The notes beneath the pieces were generated by a model, which had not been told where the DNA came from, ran no database searches, and was given only the letters and a program-made list of their open reading frames with translations. A stretch of DNA of 64,000 bases from a virus: IMG/VR virus record IMGVR_UViG_3300012949_000670. One strand, 5' to 3'. Numbering within the stretch: position 1 is the stretch's first letter; every line of letters begins with the position of its first letter. Shown here in pieces: positions 38,795 through 48,337 of this stretch. The position numbers and the translations under genes are program-made.

Positions 38795-40900
38795 CTAGCG
38801 GCAAATCACAATATCCTGAATTGACCTGCCTTTAATTTCCGAAACGCCGACTTCTTCAAAGGCTTTCAGAATCTTTTCTCGTTCCGATTTGCTTTCCGCT
38901 ACGATATACAGCGGGGGCAGCCCGTACAGGGAGATGAAATTCTTAATCATAATTTCGCCGTTGACGTAGCCCATCAGCTTGTTGAGGTCGGTGGTCAGGG
39001 CGTCTTTGTTGAAGCGCCGGTCATTCGGAGAAATTGCCCCGAAGTGGTCGCTGGGGTAGCCGTAGATGGCTGAGTTGGCGAAAAATGTTTCCGCCGACCA
39101 GATAACCCCCAGTTCGGTACATTCCTTCAGATTTTTCTTTACAAACCCGAACAGATAGCCAGCGCCTCCGGTACTCATATCCTCTTCGGGGGACAGCGTT
39201 TTGCCGATGTTGGTGATACCTAACAGATAGCGCCGGTAGCTGCACCAGAACATGCCGCCATTTTGGATGATTTTTATAATATTGTCCCGGCTGCCGGTAA
39301 TCTTGCTGTAAACATAGCAGGACTTGAATTTGTCCTTCTGCTCGGCAATTTCCGAATCAATGCGGTTCCATGCGATAGCGCCGCTGCGTGTCTGCTTGCC
39401 TTCTCCCATAACGACAATGCCATCCATAATGCGCATGTATGCCGGATGGCTAATCATCTCTTTTGCCGACATGCCAATATATTTGGCGATGAAGTTCTGT
39501 AAGGCAGTTCGTCGGCGCAGCTTCACAATTTGCTGGCTATCCAGCAAAACTGACTGCGCCAGAGCGTCCACGTCACCCTGATAATTAAGTTTCGCCAGCT
39601 CTTGCACGAATTTTTCAAGCAGGTGATTGAGGGCGATTTCTTCTTCTTCTTCATCCCACAGCATGATTTGCTTGAACTCGGACGTATCGGTAAGCCCCAA
39701 TGCCCATGCCTGTTTCGCCAGATACAGGTACTCCGCATCTTCCTGTGAAGCGAGGGTCGCCACCAGATTGAGCTGGCGCATCCTGAAAACACCTTCCGTG
39801 ACTAGCAGGGTGCTGACCTGTTCCACCGCTGGCGAAATCAGTTCCAGTGTCCCCTGAAGGCTGAAGGCGGTCTTGTCTCCGTAAGGATAATAAATCGCCG
39901 TCCAGCCCTGATAGTTGTTGTTGTCGAGGTCAATTAGAAGCCCTTCAGATTTGAAGTTGTACTGCGCAAATTTGGACAGGTTTAGCTTCCAGTCGCGCAG
40001 GTCAAGGATGCCGTTGATTTTTTTATACGGCAGCCCTTCACCTTCATCGGCTTCCACCTTGACCGTTTTTTTCACGACTACGGTCTGTTCTTGTTCAACT
40101 TCAAATGGGTCAATCCACTGCGTTTTCTTCCATTGTTCGGGGACATCCGTACCTGTACAGACGGCAATACAATCTTCCAGGTCAAGTAGCGATTTCCAGT
40201 AGTGTTTCGCCATCTCTGCCAGTTCACCCGAACCGTCCACCAGTGGGGCAAGGAGTTCTTTGCAGTAGGCTGTATTATTGACCACCTTGTCGGTCAAAAC
40301 TCCATCCCGCACGCCGTTTGGAGAGCCAAAGTGGTAATTAAGTGACTTAGCCGCCTCAGTCAGCTTTTCGTAAATTTTGTGCTGAATGTCGAAATCCAGC
40401 CGTGCTTTTACGAGCTGCTTTTCAGTGACATTGATGGTCTTTTCTTTGATGTCGCCGTGCTCGGCAAGGGCGCTGATAACCCGGCTTTCGGCTGATGAAA
40501 TCACGTTTTTTAAAAAAGGCAAATCGGCGCGCACCTTCAGAAGCATCACCAAATGTTCTTTGCCGTGATGTTCACCGGAGGGGACGATTAAAGTCTGGCA
40601 CAGCAGGTCTTCAATGTCGTCCCCACCCAGCAGGATGCATCCGCCGTTGCGCTGATTGTTACGGGTATTGGTAATCAAGGCGTCTGTAATCGGGGTAAGC
40701 ACCTGACCGGTAGGCGGCAGGACAGCGCCTCGCAGGTCATTAATGCGAAGATGCTGGTTAATAAGTGGATAGCTTTCGCCGTACTGATTCACCAGTGGTT
40801 CATAAGACTGCCACGTGCAGTGACATTGTTGGTTGGTGCAGGCCAATTCGGTATCCAGCGGAAACCCGCAGGTCAGACAGCGAATACCCGTGATACTCAT
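38795..40900 (-). CDS. Large protein with an N-terminal Cys cluster and a putative C-terminal ADP-ribosyltransferase-like domain
   Basis: CLTC/CTNQQC at the N-terminus. C-terminal YSKIT...NIIKIIQNGG...GYLF...SD...GEIMIK pattern recalls DarT-like ART folds. Confidence 0.4.
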   Translation of the reverse strand: MSITGIRCLTCGFPLDTELACTNQQCHCTWQSYEPLVNQYGESYPLINQHLRINDLRGAVLPPTGQVLTPITDALITNTRNNQRNGGCILLGGDDIEDLLCQTLIVPSGEHHGKEHLVMLLKVRADLPFLKNVISSAESRVISALAEHGDIKEKTINVTEKQLVKARLDFDIQHKIYEKLTEAAKSLNYHFGSPNGVRDGVLTDKVVNNTAYCKELLAPLVDGSGELAEMAKHYWKSLLDLEDCIAVCTGTDVPEQWKKTQWIDPFEVEQEQTVVVKKTVKVEADEGEGLPYKKINGILDLRDWKLNLSKFAQYNFKSEGLLIDLDNNNYQGWTAIYYPYGDKTAFSLQGTLELISPAVEQVSTLLVTEGVFRMRQLNLVATLASQEDAEYLYLAKQAWALGLTDTSEFKQIMLWDEEEEEIALNHLLEKFVQELAKLNYQGDVDALAQSVLLDSQQIVKLRRRTALQNFIAKYIGMSAKEMISHPAYMRIMDGIVVMGEGKQTRSGAIAWNRIDSEIAEQKDKFKSCYVYSKITGSRDNIIKIIQNGGMFWCSYRRYLLGITNIGKTLSPEEDMSTGGAGYLFGFVKKNLKECTELGVIWSAETFFANSAIYGYPSDHFGAISPNDRRFNKDALTTDLNKLMGYVNGEIMIKNFISLYGLPPLYIVAESKSEREKILKAFEEVGVSEIKGRSIQDIVICR

Positions 40901-40915
40901 ATCCCTTTTAATCCC

Positions 40916-41611
40916 CTAGTCGTCTAAAAGCTCGGATTCGTTGATTTTGGTCAGCGTGCCAAAAACAAAAACATATTCTCGCTTCATCGGAACAGCATTT
41001 ACCGCTAGCTTTTCATCAATCAACGAAGACAGGAAATTGACCTGGCTTTTGTTATAGGAAGCAATTTCCTCAGGGGCTTTTTCGTCAATTACCGGCAGCA
41101 TTTCTTTCAGCTCGGTCTGGATAAGGGTGAGATGGTCGTAATTCTGGCTTACGGTGATAGTGCCGCTCAGCCCACAATACGAAACCAGCCGTTCCAGAGC
41201 TTGATAAATATTGCCGTATTCAAAATTGTTATTGGCATGGTGTAGATAATAGGTGCCATCCTCGTTGTGATACAGGCTAATGTATTCCATCGGGGATGCT
41301 GGGACATAGATTTTGTCCACATCAATCCGGTAAACGAGCAAAGGAATTTCTGATGCCTGTGCGTAAGGCGCAAGTGACTGGATAACGAGCTGTGCCATCT
41401 GCCGGTCGAAGGCGACAAAAACGGCCATGCCGATTTCGTTCTTGTAGAACGGCGGGGTTTGATACAAGGTCGAAACCCGCTTACCCTGTTCTTCGGTCAT
41501 CAGGCTTCCCATCGAAATAAGTTCTTGAAATTCGGCGTATTCTGCCGCGCCAATTTTTTTATTGATTAGTGAAGCCGGAAAAAAACCATCAAACCTGATT
41601 TCGTAGGACAT
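40916..41611 (-). CDS. Hypothetical protein
   Basis: 231 aa, ending 15 nt before the ART-like gene. Preceded by TTGCTATCAT. Confidence 0.65.
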   Translation of the reverse strand: MSYEIRFDGFFPASLINKKIGAAEYAEFQELISMGSLMTEEQGKRVSTLYQTPPFYKNEIGMAVFVAFDRQMAQLVIQSLAPYAQASEIPLLVYRIDVDKIYVPASPMEYISLYHNEDGTYYLHHANNNFEYGNIYQALERLVSYCGLSGTITVSQNYDHLTLIQTELKEMLPVIDEKAPEEIASYNKSQVNFLSSLIDEKLAVNAVPMKREYVFVFGTLTKINESELLDD

Positions 41612-41647
41612 AAATATAAAACTCCTGATATGGGTGGTCTTATATTT

Positions 41648-41657
41648 ATGATAGCAA
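41648..41657 (-). promoter_or_regulatory. TTGCTATCAT motif (reverse strand)
   Basis: ATGATAGCAA, 36 nt before the minus-strand start at 41611. Confidence 0.6.
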
Positions 41658-41723
41658 TAGAGGAGAACGAAAATTATCCCGAAAAACCGTCTTGCTTAAA
41701 AGCCGTTTTTCCGGGAGATAAAA

Positions 41724-42617
41724 ATGATTGATTATTACGCATTATTGGATGTTTCACCTACAGCACCGCTGGAACTCATAAAAAGGGCATATACCATTAA
41801 AGCCATGCAATACCATCCTGACCGCAATCCTTCACCGGATGCCGAAGAAAAAATGAAGGAAATCAACGCGGCCTATGATGTCCTTTCTAATCCTCAAAAA
41901 AGGGAAGCGTATGACGCTGAACTGGCAGCTTATCGTGCGAAACAGGAAGAAGAACGAGAAAGAGAACGCTGGAAAAGTGCCGCCCAAACAAATACTGTTC
42001 CGAGCGAAAGCACCTTTATGGGAGTAGATGAAGCAGCGTATCTGGCTGAACTTTTGGCGAAAAAACAGCTTCAAGCGAAATCTATCCAAAAGGCAATCGA
42101 TGTCGCTGACATGGAGTATGAACTAACACTGAAAGGTTTGAAAAACGCATTGAAGGCCTGTCTTATCCGTCTGTGGAACATCATCGGCATTACAACCATT
42201 CCGGTGCTGTTGACAAAAGTGGCGGATTCAATCGGACAGGTAGACATTAATCAAATTACTATTTATCCATACAGCGTTTCACTGTTAGTGGTGATTGAAC
42301 TGGCGTTGCTCTTTGTGGCTTCAAAAAGTGAAACCTTCCAACTAAACCCATTTCGGCTAATCGGTTATTTGCTCCGAAAAGAGTTTGCGGTTTTGTTTGC
42401 GGTAGGTGCGGTATTGCTCATGTTAATGCCTGATGTCAAAATCTATTTGGGAGTTTCAGCGGTCATGCATGGTCTGGTCGGATTGGCACTTCAAGGAGTT
42501 TATAAGGAAGTTTTTCGAGGGTATGAAGAAGCGGAAAAAATTGCCTACCAGAACAAGCGGAGTGTTTTGCAGGCTCAATTGGAAGAAATTTTAATTTATT
42601 GCAGGTCGTTAACCTGA
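41724..42617 (+). CDS. J-domain (DnaJ-like) membrane co-chaperone
   Basis: DYYALL...YHPDRN...[12 protein letters not shown], then a coiled coil and about four TM helices. Confidence 0.85.
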   Translation: MIDYYALLDVSPTAPLELIKRAYTIKAMQYHPDRNPSPDAEEKMKEINAAYDVLSNPQKREAYDAELAAYRAKQEEERERERWKSAAQTNTVPSESTFMGVDEAAYLAELLAKKQLQAKSIQKAIDVADMEYELTLKGLKNALKACLIRLWNIIGITTIPVLLTKVADSIGQVDINQITIYPYSVSLLVVIELALLFVASKSETFQLNPFRLIGYLLRKEFAVLFAVGAVLLMLMPDVKIYLGVSAVMHGLVGLALQGVYKEVFRGYEEAEKIAYQNKRSVLQAQLEEILIYCRSLT

Positions 42618-42796
42618 CAATAAAGATTTTGTCGTTATTTGCAGGCACAAAAAACGAAAGCCAGGATAACTTTTCCGAATTTGTCGGGATAATGGTTCGC
42701 CAGCCATAACGTCCAATTTTGTTATGCAAAATAATTATTAAAGAGCGAGTAGCGAGCCAGTCAACTCGCTATTCGCTCTTGCTGAAAAAACCGCTG

Positions 42797-43080
42797 TCAG
42801 GCGGCATTTGCATTAAAATCAAAGGGAATAATCCAGTCCGGCTTGACAAATTTACCCGCTAACGCCGCTTCCAAACACTCCCGCAAGTGAGCAAGCTGTT
42901 TCCGGTGATGCTGAAAAAAAGCGTTCCGAGTGGCTTCGCTCGGAAACAGGTTGGGGGACTCTGCTTCGAGTTCGTTGAGGATAGCTTCGCACTCATCCAG
43001 ATGCCTGCATATACGTCCTTGAAAACGCCATCGCAGGTGTCCTTCTCCGGGTTGAAGTGCGTGTTGATGGTTTTCGCCAC
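42797..43080 (-). pseudogene. Probable frameshifted small gene
   Basis: The GTG frame is codon-natural to about 43005. The -1 frame HLDECEAILNELEAE...FNANAA* runs on to the TGA at 42797. Confidence 0.4.
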
Positions 43081-43083
43081 AGC

Positions 43084-43338
43084 CTACATCAGGCTGGTGA
43101 GGTGCTGGTTGGCGTGGTCGAGAACATCTTCCGGTAGCATCTCGTAGTTATCGTCAGCGTTCCCATCATAGTCTTCGTCATATTCGTCCTCGTCATCCCA
43201 ATCGCTGTCCTCACAACCGCAATGACCGCAGTTGCAGGCACCACATGATTGTGGGCTGCTGAGGTCGGCAAGTTGCTGCCGAATGTCATTCAACGTATCC
43301 AAAATTTTATTTATTAAAATCCGGGTTTCCTCGTCCAT
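43084..43338 (-). CDS. Small Cys/acidic protein
   Basis: 84 aa with CGACNCGHCGC and an acidic run. RBS AAGGAG. Confidence 0.7.
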   Translation of the reverse strand: MDEETRILINKILDTLNDIRQQLADLSSPQSCGACNCGHCGCEDSDWDDEDEYDEDYDGNADDNYEMLPEDVLDHANQHLTSLM

Positions 43339-43468
43339 GTTGGGTGTCTCCTTTGAAAAAAAAGAAATAGAATGTCTGTTAATATGATAGTGAACGATTC
43401 GTTCCTATCAGGATAGACGCAAAGAATGGCGTTTTTTCGTTTTTAGGAAAATCTGTTGAGGAGTGCAT

Positions 43469-43504
43469 ATGCCAATAGCCACCCGTTTTAGTAGGTGGCT
43501 ATAA
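43469..43504 (+). other. 11-codon uORF overlapping a palindrome, upstream of the methyltransferase
   Basis: GAGGAG-5 nt-ATG, encoding MPIATRFSRWL*. Contains ATAGCCACC/GGTGGCTAT. Confidence 0.35.
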
Positions 43505-43546
43505 ATTGCCGTTGCTACCATATCCATTAAGGAGTCGGTAGCAGGC

Positions 43547-44299
43547 ATGATTAATCAAATTATTCTAGGTGACTGCACAAAAATGCTGTTTGAAATGCCG
43601 GAAAATTTTGTGGATTTAGGCATTACCAGCCCGCCATTTAATGTCGGTGTTTCTTATAAATCCAGCAAAAATGACCTTGTTTCGGTGGACGAATATTGTG
43701 CTTTTGCAGCAGAGGTGATGACTGGAATGTTCCGCGTGCTGAAAGATGGCGGCAGGTTTTGTCTAGAAATCGGCGGCAGCGGGCGGGATTTGCCTTTGTC
43801 GTGGTTATGGCAAGATGCGGCTTATAAGGCTGGTTTCAAGCTGCATACAGAGATTGTCATTGACCACCGCGCCACAAATCCAACCGCATGGGGGAGTTGG
43901 TTGAAGTCGGATAACGTGCGAGTTATCCCGAATTTCCGCCACCTGTATGTTTTTTATAAAGGTACGTCCACAAAGCGCGGCGCTGTACCGTGCGACATCA
44001 GCCGGGATGAATTTGTCGAATGGACAAAGGGCAGGTGGCAGATTAACTGGTCGAAGGGCGCAAACAAAAAAGAGCATCCTGCAAAATTCCCGGAAGAACT
44101 GCCCACACGGTGCATGAAACTGTTTGGGCATCCCGGAGACCTTGTACTTGACCCGTTTATCGGTTCCGGCACCACAGCGGTAGTCGCCTGCAAATTAGGC
44201 AGAAACTATTTGGGGATTGAACTTTCGCCGGACTATTACGCAATTGCGGTTAACAAAGTAGAAAAAGTCAAACAAAAATTAGGACAAAGCAACAAGTAA
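43547..44299 (+). CDS. Orphan N4/N6 DNA methyltransferase (beta class)
   Basis: ITSPPFN precedes HPAKFP and LVLDPFIGSGTT. Confidence 0.9.
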   Translation: MINQIILGDCTKMLFEMPENFVDLGITSPPFNVGVSYKSSKNDLVSVDEYCAFAAEVMTGMFRVLKDGGRFCLEIGGSGRDLPLSWLWQDAAYKAGFKLHTEIVIDHRATNPTAWGSWLKSDNVRVIPNFRHLYVFYKGTSTKRGAVPCDISRDEFVEWTKGRWQINWSKGANKKEHPAKFPEELPTRCMKLFGHPGDLVLDPFIGSGTTAVVACKLGRNYLGIELSPDYYAIAVNKVEKVKQKLGQSNK

Positions 44300-44331
44300 T
44301 CAAAAAGCGCAGGCGACTGCGCTTTTTGATT
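44298..44331. terminator. Bidirectional terminator
   Basis: AATCAAAAAGCGCAG-GCGA-CTGCGCTTTTTGATT. Confidence 0.8.
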
Positions 44332-44335
44332 TGCA

Positions 44336-44664
44336 TTATTCTTCTTCAGTTTCTTCCACCATCTCGTATTTGTATCGCTGGATGACAGTTTGTTTGACGC
44401 CCTGGTCTTATGTTCTTTCACTGTCCCCGTCACGATATAGGATTGTCCGCATTCCAGTTCACCACGGCTAATCCAGACAAACACATTTCCTTCCTCATCT
44501 TCCAGCTCGTGCAAATAGCGTTCAATTGGATAAAGGAACTTATCGGCCTTCACCATTTCGGAATGTTCGATTGATATTTGTAAGACGCACAACATCAATA
44601 AAAATGATTTTTTGAAGCGGCTGGCAGGTACAGATATTGTTTTTTTGGGGTGTTTGACCGTCAT
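44336..44664 (-). pseudogene. Frameshifted phage-type OB-fold protein
   Basis: YLHELEDEEGNVFVWIS...VTGTVKEH continues in the -1 frame as DQGVKQTVIQR...EEE*, which stops right at the terminator. Confidence 0.6.
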
Positions 44665-44701
44665 TCTCCTATAAACATTTCAAATATGGGAGCTTGACAA
44701 G

Positions 44702-46303
44702 ATGAGTCCGAAGATTATTTTTGTTACCGGTGGTGTGGTGAGTTCGGTAGGGAAGGGGGTTGCAGCCTCGTCTATTGCGAAACTGCTTCGCCAGCGGGGA
44801 TATAAAGTGTGTCTCCAAAAACTTGACCCTTATCTTAATGTAGACCCCGGAACGATGAGTCCATATCAACACGGCGAAGTTTTTGTCCTTGATGACGGTG
44901 CAGAAACCGATTTGGATTTAGGGCATTACGAGCGCTTGGGCGGCATCAGTTTGAACCGTTATTCATCGGTGTCCACCGGGCAGATTTATGAAGAAGTGCT
45001 TTCCAAAGAACGGCGGGGGGATTTTTTAGGCCGTACCATTCAAATCATCCCTCATATTACGAATGAAATCAAACGCCGCATTCGCATGGCGATTGAAACA
45101 ACCGGCGCAGATATTGGCATTGTCGAAATCGGCGGCACGGTTGGAGATATTGAATCTGAACCGTATCTGGAAGCGATTCGCCAGTTGCGTTTTGAACTTG
45201 GGCAGGAAAATACTTTTTATTGTCATCTGACATGGCTTCCATTCATCGGTGCGACCAGAGAACTCAAAACAAAGCCGACGCAGCATTCCGTCAGGATGCT
45301 GCGTTCAGTCGGTATCAGCCCGGACGCGTTGATTGCCCGTGCAGATTATTCCATTTCCAAAGAACTGCTGGACAAAATCAGCCAGTTTTGTGACGTTGAA
45401 CGCCGGGCGGTAATCGGTCTGGAAACCACGCAGTATATTTACGAAGTCCCCTTGATTATTGAAAAATCTGGTCTTGCCGATTACATCGTAGAAAAAATGA
45501 AGCTCCCCGGTTTTATCAAGCCCGACCTGTCGAATTGGGAACGGCTGGTTTCCTTGCTGAAACAGGATAAACCCAAAGCCCCGGTCGCACTGGTAGGTAA
45601 ATACGTCGAATTGCACGACTCCTATATTAGCGTGGCTGAGGCGTTATGCCATGCGGGGCTGGCAAATGGTATCGAAGTGGATATTCACTGGATTAGCGCC
45701 GTAGATTTGGAAAATGGCAAGTGTTTAGATGAGTTAGAAGAATGCGCCGGAATTATTATTCCGGGCGGCTTCGGTAATCGCGGTGTGGACGGGAAAATGC
45801 TGGCAATTGAGTACGCCCGTGAAAATAAAGTCCCGCTTCTCGGACTATGCTTAGGGATGCAGTTAATTTGCGTAGAATATGCCCGCAACGTACTTGGTCT
45901 TACTGAAGCCAATTCGACAGAATTTAATCCCAATACACCGTACCCGGTTATTGACCTGATGGAAGAACAAAAGATGGTGATGAATCTCGGCGGAACGATG
46001 CGGCTGGGTAGTTTCGACTGTAAATTGGTTTCCGGTTCAAAAGCCTACTGCGCATATGGTCGGGAAATTGTCCGGGAACGTCATCGCCACCGGTTTGAAT
46101 TAAATAACGAATACCGCCCATTGCTGGAAGAAAATGGGCTAAAGGTAACAGGCGCAAGCCCAAATGGGGTGCTGGCAGAAATCGTCGAAGTGGAAAATCA
46201 TCCTTTTTTGGTTGGTACGCAGTTCCATCCCGAATTTAAATCAAAGCTAGACGAACCGCACCCAATTTTTGTGGCTTTCGTGAAAAGCGTCATCGGCGCA
46301 TAA
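44702..46303 (+). CDS. pyrG: CTP synthase
   Basis: FVTGGVVSSVGKG, KLDPYLNVDPGTMSPYQHGEVFV, GLCLGMQ, RERHRHR, QFHPEF. Confidence 0.97.
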   Translation: MSPKIIFVTGGVVSSVGKGVAASSIAKLLRQRGYKVCLQKLDPYLNVDPGTMSPYQHGEVFVLDDGAETDLDLGHYERLGGISLNRYSSVSTGQIYEEVLSKERRGDFLGRTIQIIPHITNEIKRRIRMAIETTGADIGIVEIGGTVGDIESEPYLEAIRQLRFELGQENTFYCHLTWLPFIGATRELKTKPTQHSVRMLRSVGISPDALIARADYSISKELLDKISQFCDVERRAVIGLETTQYIYEVPLIIEKSGLADYIVEKMKLPGFIKPDLSNWERLVSLLKQDKPKAPVALVGKYVELHDSYISVAEALCHAGLANGIEVDIHWISAVDLENGKCLDELEECAGIIIPGGFGNRGVDGKMLAIEYARENKVPLLGLCLGMQLICVEYARNVLGLTEANSTEFNPNTPYPVIDLMEEQKMVMNLGGTMRLGSFDCKLVSGSKAYCAYGREIVRERHRHRFELNNEYRPLLEENGLKVTGASPNGVLAEIVEVENHPFLVGTQFHPEFKSKLDEPHPIFVAFVKSVIGA

Positions 46304-46316
46304 CTGAATAATCACT

Positions 46317-46364
46317 GTTAAATCAATAAATCCCTGCATATTCGCAGGGATTTATTGATTTAAC
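46317..46364. terminator. 21-bp perfect hairpin after pyrG
   Basis: GTTAAATCAATAAATCCCTGC / GCAGGGATTTATTGATTTAAC. Confidence 0.8.
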
Positions 46365-46459
46365 TGCATTTTTTTGCCGTTGATAGAATTTTTATTCTAT
46401 AAAATAAAAAGTATTTTAATAAAGAATGATTAAATGTGATTTTTTACGTTCGGTCGCTA

Positions 46460-46526
46460 TTGACTTATTTAAATAAGCCTGTAAAATACGGAGACACTGA
46501 CGTTTATACTAATTTGTATAAACGTC
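46460..46526 (+). promoter_or_regulatory. Sigma-70-like promoter and downstream operator-like palindrome for the AT-hook gene
   Basis: TTGACT-16 nt-TAAAAT, then GACGTTTATAC-6 nt-GTATAAACGTC. Confidence 0.55.
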
Positions 46527-46603
46527 CTAGATTTTTCCATTATATGAGTTTTATCAGGCAATTATCAGGATAATAATCGGTCTTGTGAAGGAGGAAAAAG
46601 GCA

Positions 46604-48220
46604 ATGCCCCCTAGAAAGAAAAAGGCGGTGGTTTCCGCCGAATTAATTGAACAATTTGCGGATGAACTCGCTCAAATTGAACCTGATAACCTTGTGCGAG
46701 AAACGCCAGAAACGGTTGTTGGAAGCACAGAACCAGCCCCCAGACGAGGAAGAAAGCCAAAACAGATAAAAGTAGAAGCTGCGCCGGAACTTGAGGATGC
46801 AGCGCCTACGCCTGTTGTGACAACGGTCAACCGGGCGGATGATGTTGCGTTAGCTGTTCAACAAGCAATTTCCAGCGTCCTGCCGACTGCGCTGGAACCG
46901 CTTATGAAGCCGCCGAAAGGACGCGGCCGGCCACAAAAAATTGAGCCAGAACGGATGGTTGCCGCGGTATCCAATGCCGTGACGACCGCCGTGACGACCG
47001 CAGTCGCACAGGTAATTCGGGATGTTCGCCCAACTGGTTCAACCGATGAATATCCTGTGCTGGAACCGGTTTCGCTGGCACAATCTTTGGTTGACCCTGT
47101 GACGGAAGTTGTTTCTGAAACTGTTTCTGCACCGACAACAGTTAAGCGGGGGAGAGGCCGGCCAAAAAAGGGTGAATCTCCTGTTCAATCCCTGTTAGTT
47201 GAAGCCCCACCGATACCAACGACAAGAAACAAAAAGGCGGATATTCAGCCGGTTGTTGTCGCAATTGAACAGCCTGTAGCTGAACCAGCGAAGCCGCGTA
47301 GAAGCAAGGAACAAAGAAAGGCTGTTAGTGTTCCCGTTCAGGAAGAGGCCTCGCAGTCGGAAGTAGTCGTTGGCGAAGCTATCGCAGATGCTCCGTCTAT
47401 TGCCATCCCGGAAGCAGCCGAAGAAGCCGTCAAAGCTCCATCAAAGCGTGGACGGCGGAAAAAGACGGTCGAAGCTGCTGCGCCGGTCGAGGTTACAGCG
47501 GAAGCACCGGTCTCCGAAGCACCTGTTGTTGAAGATGTAGCGCCGGTGAAAGCGGAAGCACCCGTTGTGAAAGCCCCGGCGAAAAAGCGCGGCCGTCCAA
47601 AGAAGGCGGCTGCCGCTGAAGCTGCCGAGCCGCAAGCTGTCGTGGTCGAGGCAGAAGTCCCGGTCGCTGAAACTCCGGTCGAAGAACCTGCAAAGCCGAA
47701 ACGCGGCAGGAAACCCAAAGCAGAATCTAAGGCCGCCGCCGAAGCGAAACCGTCCAAACGGGGGCGGAAACCGAAAGCTGAAGTAGCAGCAGAACCGGCG
47801 ACAGCCGAGGTCGAACTAACTGTGGGCGCTGCCGAGCCAGTGGAAGATGCCGTCAAACAACCTGTAAAGCGCAAGCGTGGAAGACCCAAAAAGGTGGCGG
47901 CTGAACCTACTGCCGAAGTTGAACAGACACCGACCGCCGTAGTTGGAGAAGCGCTCGCAACACCTGAAGTTGAAGAACAACCGGCACCAGCTCGCAAGCG
48001 TGGCAGAAAAAAGGCTGCGCCCGCTGAAGAAACAGTGGCGGAAGCACCGGCTGCTGAAGTCGAAGCCGTTGCTCAGCCCGTTGTCGAACAACCTGCGCCG
48101 CGCAAACGTGGCCGACCAAAAAAGGTACAGGTCGAAGAAGCCGTAGCGGCGGTTGAAGAACAGCCCAGCGAAGAAGCTACTCCGAAGCGTAAGCGCGGTC
48201 GACCAAAGAAAAGCGAGTAG
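46604..48220 (+). CDS. Multi-AT-hook, HMGA-like disordered DNA-binding protein
   Basis: 11 RGR(P/K/R) motifs, 6 of them RGRP, in E/A/V/P-rich spacers. Confidence 0.75.
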   Translation: MPPRKKKAVVSAELIEQFADELAQIEPDNLVRETPETVVGSTEPAPRRGRKPKQIKVEAAPELEDAAPTPVVTTVNRADDVALAVQQAISSVLPTALEPLMKPPKGRGRPQKIEPERMVAAVSNAVTTAVTTAVAQVIRDVRPTGSTDEYPVLEPVSLAQSLVDPVTEVVSETVSAPTTVKRGRGRPKKGESPVQSLLVEAPPIPTTRNKKADIQPVVVAIEQPVAEPAKPRRSKEQRKAVSVPVQEEASQSEVVVGEAIADAPSIAIPEAAEEAVKAPSKRGRRKKTVEAAAPVEVTAEAPVSEAPVVEDVAPVKAEAPVVKAPAKKRGRPKKAAAAEAAEPQAVVVEAEVPVAETPVEEPAKPKRGRKPKAESKAAAEAKPSKRGRKPKAEVAAEPATAEVELTVGAAEPVEDAVKQPVKRKRGRPKKVAAEPTAEVEQTPTAVVGEALATPEVEEQPAPARKRGRKKAAPAEETVAEAPAAEVEAVAQPVVEQPAPRKRGRPKKVQVEEAVAAVEEQPSEEATPKRKRGRPKKSE

Positions 48221-48337
48221 TTCATTCCTTGATTGCACGAACCGGGGAACGACTTTGTTCCCCGGTTTTTGTGTTTAATTTCTTGCAATTCGTCATAAAA
48301 ATAGTGAATTTGTTCTATTTATATTGAGGGGGACTGG

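Noticed and set aside
44236-44335. C-terminus of the 142-aa ORF as given in the track
   Set aside because: It runs through a terminator and overlaps the methyltransferase gene. The -1 frame gives a better ending.
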